DNA from: Epithemia pelagica
Lineage: Eukaryota > Protista > Bacillariophyta
Length of the DNA stretch: 64,000 nt
Direction: 5' to 3'
Assembly (NCBI GenBank): GCA_946965045.2
Contig: OX337231.1
Span: 496,001-560,000 of the forward strand
Below the pieces are notes generated by a model that saw only the letters and a program-made list of their open reading frames with translations, was not told where the DNA came from and did not search any database. A program made the position numbers and the translations under genes. This document shows, piece by piece, positions 59,776 to 64,000 of the stretch. Positions within the stretch are counted from its first letter, which is position 1. Each line of letters opens with the position of its first letter.

Positions 59776-60813
59776 TCAAACTCGATCCGTCAAAGAAGAA
59801 ACGGCAAACGGAGACGGCTTTGGATTCTGGTTGGAATACTGTTGTTGTTGTTGTCGTGGTTGTGGTACCAGCACTTGTTCTTCCATGCCCTGTTGGTCCA
59901 CAATGACGATTCGAACGGCACCACCCGAAGCACCATCCAATTGAATGCCTCCTTCAATGGCTCGTTGACATAGCACAATGGCTTGTTCTCGCGACGGAAG
60001 TTGTTGTTGTTGTGGTGGTTCTTGCTGTTGGAGTATGCGCGTTAATTCTTGTTCCAAATATCCCAGTGCGTAAATGGAGCCCGATCCTGCCACGGCAAAC
60101 CGACCATTCTCTTCCACCAAGGCACCCGTGGAAGCGAGCGAATAGATTTTCCCCGAGTCGGACCCGGGATCGTAGCCGGCAATGAGGAGACTTACGGATA
60201 CTTGTCGTCGTTGAGATTGGCTCCTCATTTCGTCTTGGTCATCGTCGTCGTCATTTCCTACCAATTGAGATCGCAACCACTGCGCAATTTGCGAGATGGA
60301 CAACCAGCCGCCCAGGTCATTCTTCTTCTTCTTCTTCTCGCCAGTCGTTTGGCTGTTAGCACCACCACCACCCCCATTGCGATACCACCGTGTCTGGCAA
60401 AATTGGGCACAGTCCGACACGAGGTGTTGTGTATCGGCCGAACTGCCACTCCGCAAGACAAGACACTGCGGGGTCAGGGCATGAATTTTTTGCGCCAACC
60501 GATGACTGACATAACCGGACAGGGACGTACGAGTATCGGCGGCAACCACAACACCGCCTTCCTGAAACCGAATGGCAATCAAGGTTGTACCCGTATCAAT
60601 CGGTTCCAAAAATGATGATGATGATGATGGTGGTGGTTGTGGTGGTTGTCTTGTGGTGCGATACTCGTTGGTTTGGCGGCCGGATGGTATGGACCGAATG
60701 TCAAAGCTAGCATCCTCGTAGAGAAGGCTGGCACTGGTTGGCTCTACTAGAATCCATCCGTAGAATGGAAACAGGACCCCGAGGAAGATACCCCAATGGC
60801 CTGGCCCCGCCAT
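59776..60813 (-). CDS. 20S proteasome beta subunit (beta1/PSMB6-like) with a hydrophobic N-terminal leader
   Basis: TG|TTLIAI...VVVAADTRTS, RSGSSADTQ, AVAGSGS, DGASGG; leader GIFLGVLFPFYGWILVEPTSA. Confidence 0.85.
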   Translation of the reverse strand: MAGPGHWGIFLGVLFPFYGWILVEPTSASLLYEDASFDIRSIPSGRQTNEYRTTRQPPQPPPSSSSSFLEPIDTGTTLIAIRFQEGGVVVAADTRTSLSGYVSHRLAQKIHALTPQCLVLRSGSSADTQHLVSDCAQFCQTRWYRNGGGGGANSQTTGEKKKKKNDLGGWLSISQIAQWLRSQLVGNDDDDDQDEMRSQSQRRQVSVSLLIAGYDPGSDSGKIYSLASTGALVEENGRFAVAGSGSIYALGYLEQELTRILQQQEPPQQQQLPSREQAIVLCQRAIEGGIQLDGASGGAVRIVIVDQQGMEEQVLVPQPRQQQQQYSNQNPKPSPFAVSSLTDRV

Positions 60814-61213
60814 GGTCGTCGGTCTGGGGGTTTTGCCGGAAGGGAAATATCTTCCTTCTTCTTTTCTTTTTTCCTTTTCTTCTTCTTTTTCTCCTCTTTT
60901 TTCCCCTCCTTCTGCGTTTTCCGCATATTTTTTTCTATTTTCTAGGAGTATCTTAAGAGTGCTAGGCCCTCTACTGACCGTAGTAGTCCTCTAGCTCGGT
61001 AGCTAGCTAGCGGTCATGACGGCACCCAAGAACACTTCGCAACAACAACAAGCAAGCAAGAGTTTACAACACAGGTTCTTCTTCTAGTATACAAAAACTA
61101 TTGGGATTCGGTAGTATGTATAGCCAAGTAGTATTACAGACTGATCACAACTTTTTCAAAGCGTTGTAATTCGGTGGTGGGTCCTACTGCGAGTCGTCGG
61201 GGAGAACATCGCT

Positions 61214-62582
61214 CTAATCCGAAAGTTGTTCCGTCAAACAACGTGGTGGTACCGCTTGTTCGGTTTCCAAGGCTGGTTCGAGGCTGCGGTGGTCGTCGTC
61301 AATACCAAAGGAATCATTCGGAGACAATGACGACGACGAGGAGGTGGCGGCCGTCTTGGAAGTGGCATGCGGATTCAGCGTTTTTGGGTGATGATGATTG
61401 GATCCTCCGTCGTGCGAACTACTACTACTGCTCATACTTTCACGACGCGACGACGCGCTGGTTGTCGATTCGCGATACCGGGCCCAGTGCAATACTTTTT
61501 CCGCACGTTGTTGCAACCAAGCTAACATCCTTCGTCTCCAGGAGATTCTTCTTAATTCATCTATTCCGGATACGAGTTGTAGCTGGAATTCTTGTTCGTA
61601 CTCAGGCGAACACCAAAGACTGTTGTCTACAGCAACTCCGTCTAGTTCCTTTCGGAATTGCTTCAAAACTACATCTGTCCCATTGATGCTCCCATGGGTG
61701 TTGAGACGTGCTCCTTGGATGACAAGCTCGTCTAGCCTTTCGCTTTTGAGAGAATCAATCTTCTTCTTGATCCTTTTGCGTTCTTTTTCGTCCTTGCACT
61801 TTTCTATATGACAAATAAAAAGAGATAGAAACTGAGTGTTTGCCAAGAGTCATACAATAGTACCGCATGCACCAGCACCCGACATTACCTTCTTCAATTC
61901 TCAAGGCTTGTTTTCGCAAAAGGAACAAGTCGGATTGGTCTTTTTCAATCTGCTCCTCGAGTCTCTGATAGGCTTTAGATGAAGGTTTCACTAAAACAAA
62001 TAATCATCCCACACGCCAAAGTAAGAATCAGACATTGCAAAGAAGAAAGATGATCCGTAGTGTTAACGTACACGATAGCTGATCTCTTTGACGCTGCGAC
62101 TTTCGATCTTCGACCCGCCACCTCTCTTCCCGTTCGTCCCGACCCGTCTCCCGTTCGTCCCGACCCTTCTCCCGTTTATCCATCTGCAGGGCCATGACTC
62201 CTCCACCGACGGTTGCAATAGAGGTTGCAAAGGCTGAGACGACTGTTGCGACTCCCGCAAAGCTTCCCCACTGTTCTTTCCAGTCTGGCACAGCATCCTG
62301 GGAAGTGTCCGTCTGTGCATTTGGGACACTGGTCGGGACAAATGGCCGAATGCTCTGATTTGGCTGTCGCGCAGCCAACCAAGTTGCAATTCCATGCTCA
62401 AGTGACGAGGGCGAGGAATATGAACGGTACAGCGTTGAATCTGCACTGTACGTGGTAACGAATGGAGAAGAAGAAGAGACAAGCGGTGGTCCTGACAAGA
62501 CCAGACCACATGCCAAATCCACGCACAAAAATGCAAGGAGGAGGACTGTAGTTGCAAAGTTACCCATCATCGTCGTCATCAT
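61214..62582 (-). CDS. Hypothetical multi-exon protein (signal peptide, TM helix, coiled coil)
   Basis: ORFs 62028-62582, 61755-61991 and 61214-61846 look like successive exons; exact junctions were not resolved. Confidence 0.45.
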
Positions 62583-63411
62583 CTTTTTGTGGTCTATTGT
62601 CGAATGTGCTCGAAGTAAAAGAAAAATGAGCGCGGGAGTTACATGTCAAATGACAACTCGAACATGTTTCCGACGTTGTCGTAAGAGATTCGTTCTTCTT
62701 CTGTGCTTTTCTATCGCTATTGTCTGCCGTGTTATTGGAACAAAGGAGGCGCGGAAGCGCAGACCCAAAACATCCGGTCCATTCTCACTTCTCACCACGT
62801 GTCTTGTTGCTGCCTCGTCACTCATCACGCATTCTTTGGGGGCGACACTCGCCACTGTCTGTGGTCTATCTACAGACATTGACAGTCGGGGTTTGTTCTG
62901 TTTTTTTGGTGTACACGTGGCAGTTGCTTGCTAGAGAGACCCGTACTTGGTGACCATAGTAGGAGTAGTCCTCTAGAGCTAGGGGACCCAAGAATACTCC
63001 ACAACGACAAATACTCCTCTAGTACAACAACAACAACAACTACAGCAACAACTACAACAACGACTTCAACAAGACAACAACAAGACAACAACACAAGAAG
63101 CAAGCAAGAGGTGCCATACCCATGCATAATGGTAGGACGTAAAAATTATGATCTTTAGGAATTAGGCTAGGAAAGTGAGCGATGGCCAGAGAAGCCATCT
63201 GCACACGGGACAAGGACGGACTGAATTCTGAGAACGTCGGTGTCAAAGATGTCACAGATTCAACTAGGGACCTATCGAGTCATGTTTACGTGGAGTCGTG
63301 GCGGGACAGAGTCCGGGTACCGCACTCTACCTCTCCCTGGTCGGACCTAGGAAGTTCGAGCGGGCCATGGGAAAGCTTGATGGCCAGAGGCCAACGGCAG
63401 TAAAACCCATG

Positions 63412-64000
63412 TCACACACGGTAAGGGATGAGACGCCTGATATTGATGCGCTCGGTAACGTGGGGACCACCTTGAATGGTCACGGTGCCATTGGAATGGA
63501 CACGCGTGATAGTGAAAGGATTGGGACTGGTACGAAGTGCCAATTTGTCCGGATTGGTAGCGCGGATGAGCACACGATCTCCAATTTTGTAGTCATGAAA
63601 GACGCGAGAGCGATTTGCGAGTCGAGCTCGTTCGTCAACGATGATTTGGCGTTTTTGACGAATCAATTCCATGTCCGCAAGGATGGGAATGTCGAACAGC
63701 ATGTCACGGTGGAACGCAAGACTGCCGGGAGAATGTTTGAGGCTGCCGTGGATGGCAGTGCGTGCAGAGTATGCAGCGGTTTGCAGAGCAGTGTCGACCA
63801 TAAGAGCGGCCTGTTCAATGTTTTGCGGCGGCTCGTAGTTAACGATAGCGCGTAATGAATTGCCGATTGTCAGATGAAGACGTTCGCATAGGGCATTGGA
63901 TTGTGGATTTTTGACCGTTAGGGGCACTGGTTTGATACCATGATTGCGAAGCACTTGCGTAAACGCATGGCCGATAAACTCGCCGCCTTGATCAAAAAGG
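63412..64000 (-). mobile_element. Ty3/Gypsy retrotransposon integrase C-terminus; the element continues beyond the window
   Basis: DQGGEFIG...NPQSNALCERLH and a GPY/F-like tail (YKIGDRVL...NPFTITRVHSNGTVTI...INIRRLIPY). The LTR boundary is unclear. Confidence 0.85.

Noticed and set aside
59662-59973. Small membrane protein ORF on the plus strand
   Set aside because: It largely overlaps the proteasome subunit C-terminus in antisense; the hydrophobic run mirrors CAA repeats.
63130-63420. 3' LTR of the Gypsy element
   Set aside because: No clear PPT or TG...CA boundary, and no second LTR in the window to confirm it.

Overview
Eukaryotic genomic DNA, most likely from a pennate diatom. This is inferred from CoDi-like Copia elements, short GT-AG introns, a poly-Q HSF and MscS-like channels. 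The left 44 kb is repeat-rich. It holds a decayed PIF/Harbinger remnant, two young full-length Ty1/Copia LTR retrotransposons (1965-8279 and 30235-36503; LTR pairs appear identical; 5-bp TSDs), a TA-flanked MITE and a 443-bp fold-back element. It also holds a ~10.2-kb IS630/Tc1/mariner-type element carrying a SET + 2OG-Fe(II)-like fusion gene and two unknown genes, a Crinkler-type NTPase-REase gene, and a decaying tandem array of SDR, kinase-pseudogene and Kelch units. The right 20 kb is mostly host genes: two head-to-head MscS-like channels, an HSF, a secreted Cys-rich/vWA protein, a proteasome beta subunit with a signal-peptide-like leader, a hypothetical gene and the end of a Ty3/Gypsy element. 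Two signals stand out. (1) Neither Copia has a tRNA-type PBS; each instead has a 14-nt PBS perfectly complementary to a segment of its own LTR, with compensatory changes between the two elements, pointing to Tf1-like self-priming in a Copia lineage. (2) The large DNA transposon carries chromatin-modifier-like cargo. All calls were made by eye with no database searches, so novelty is unverified.
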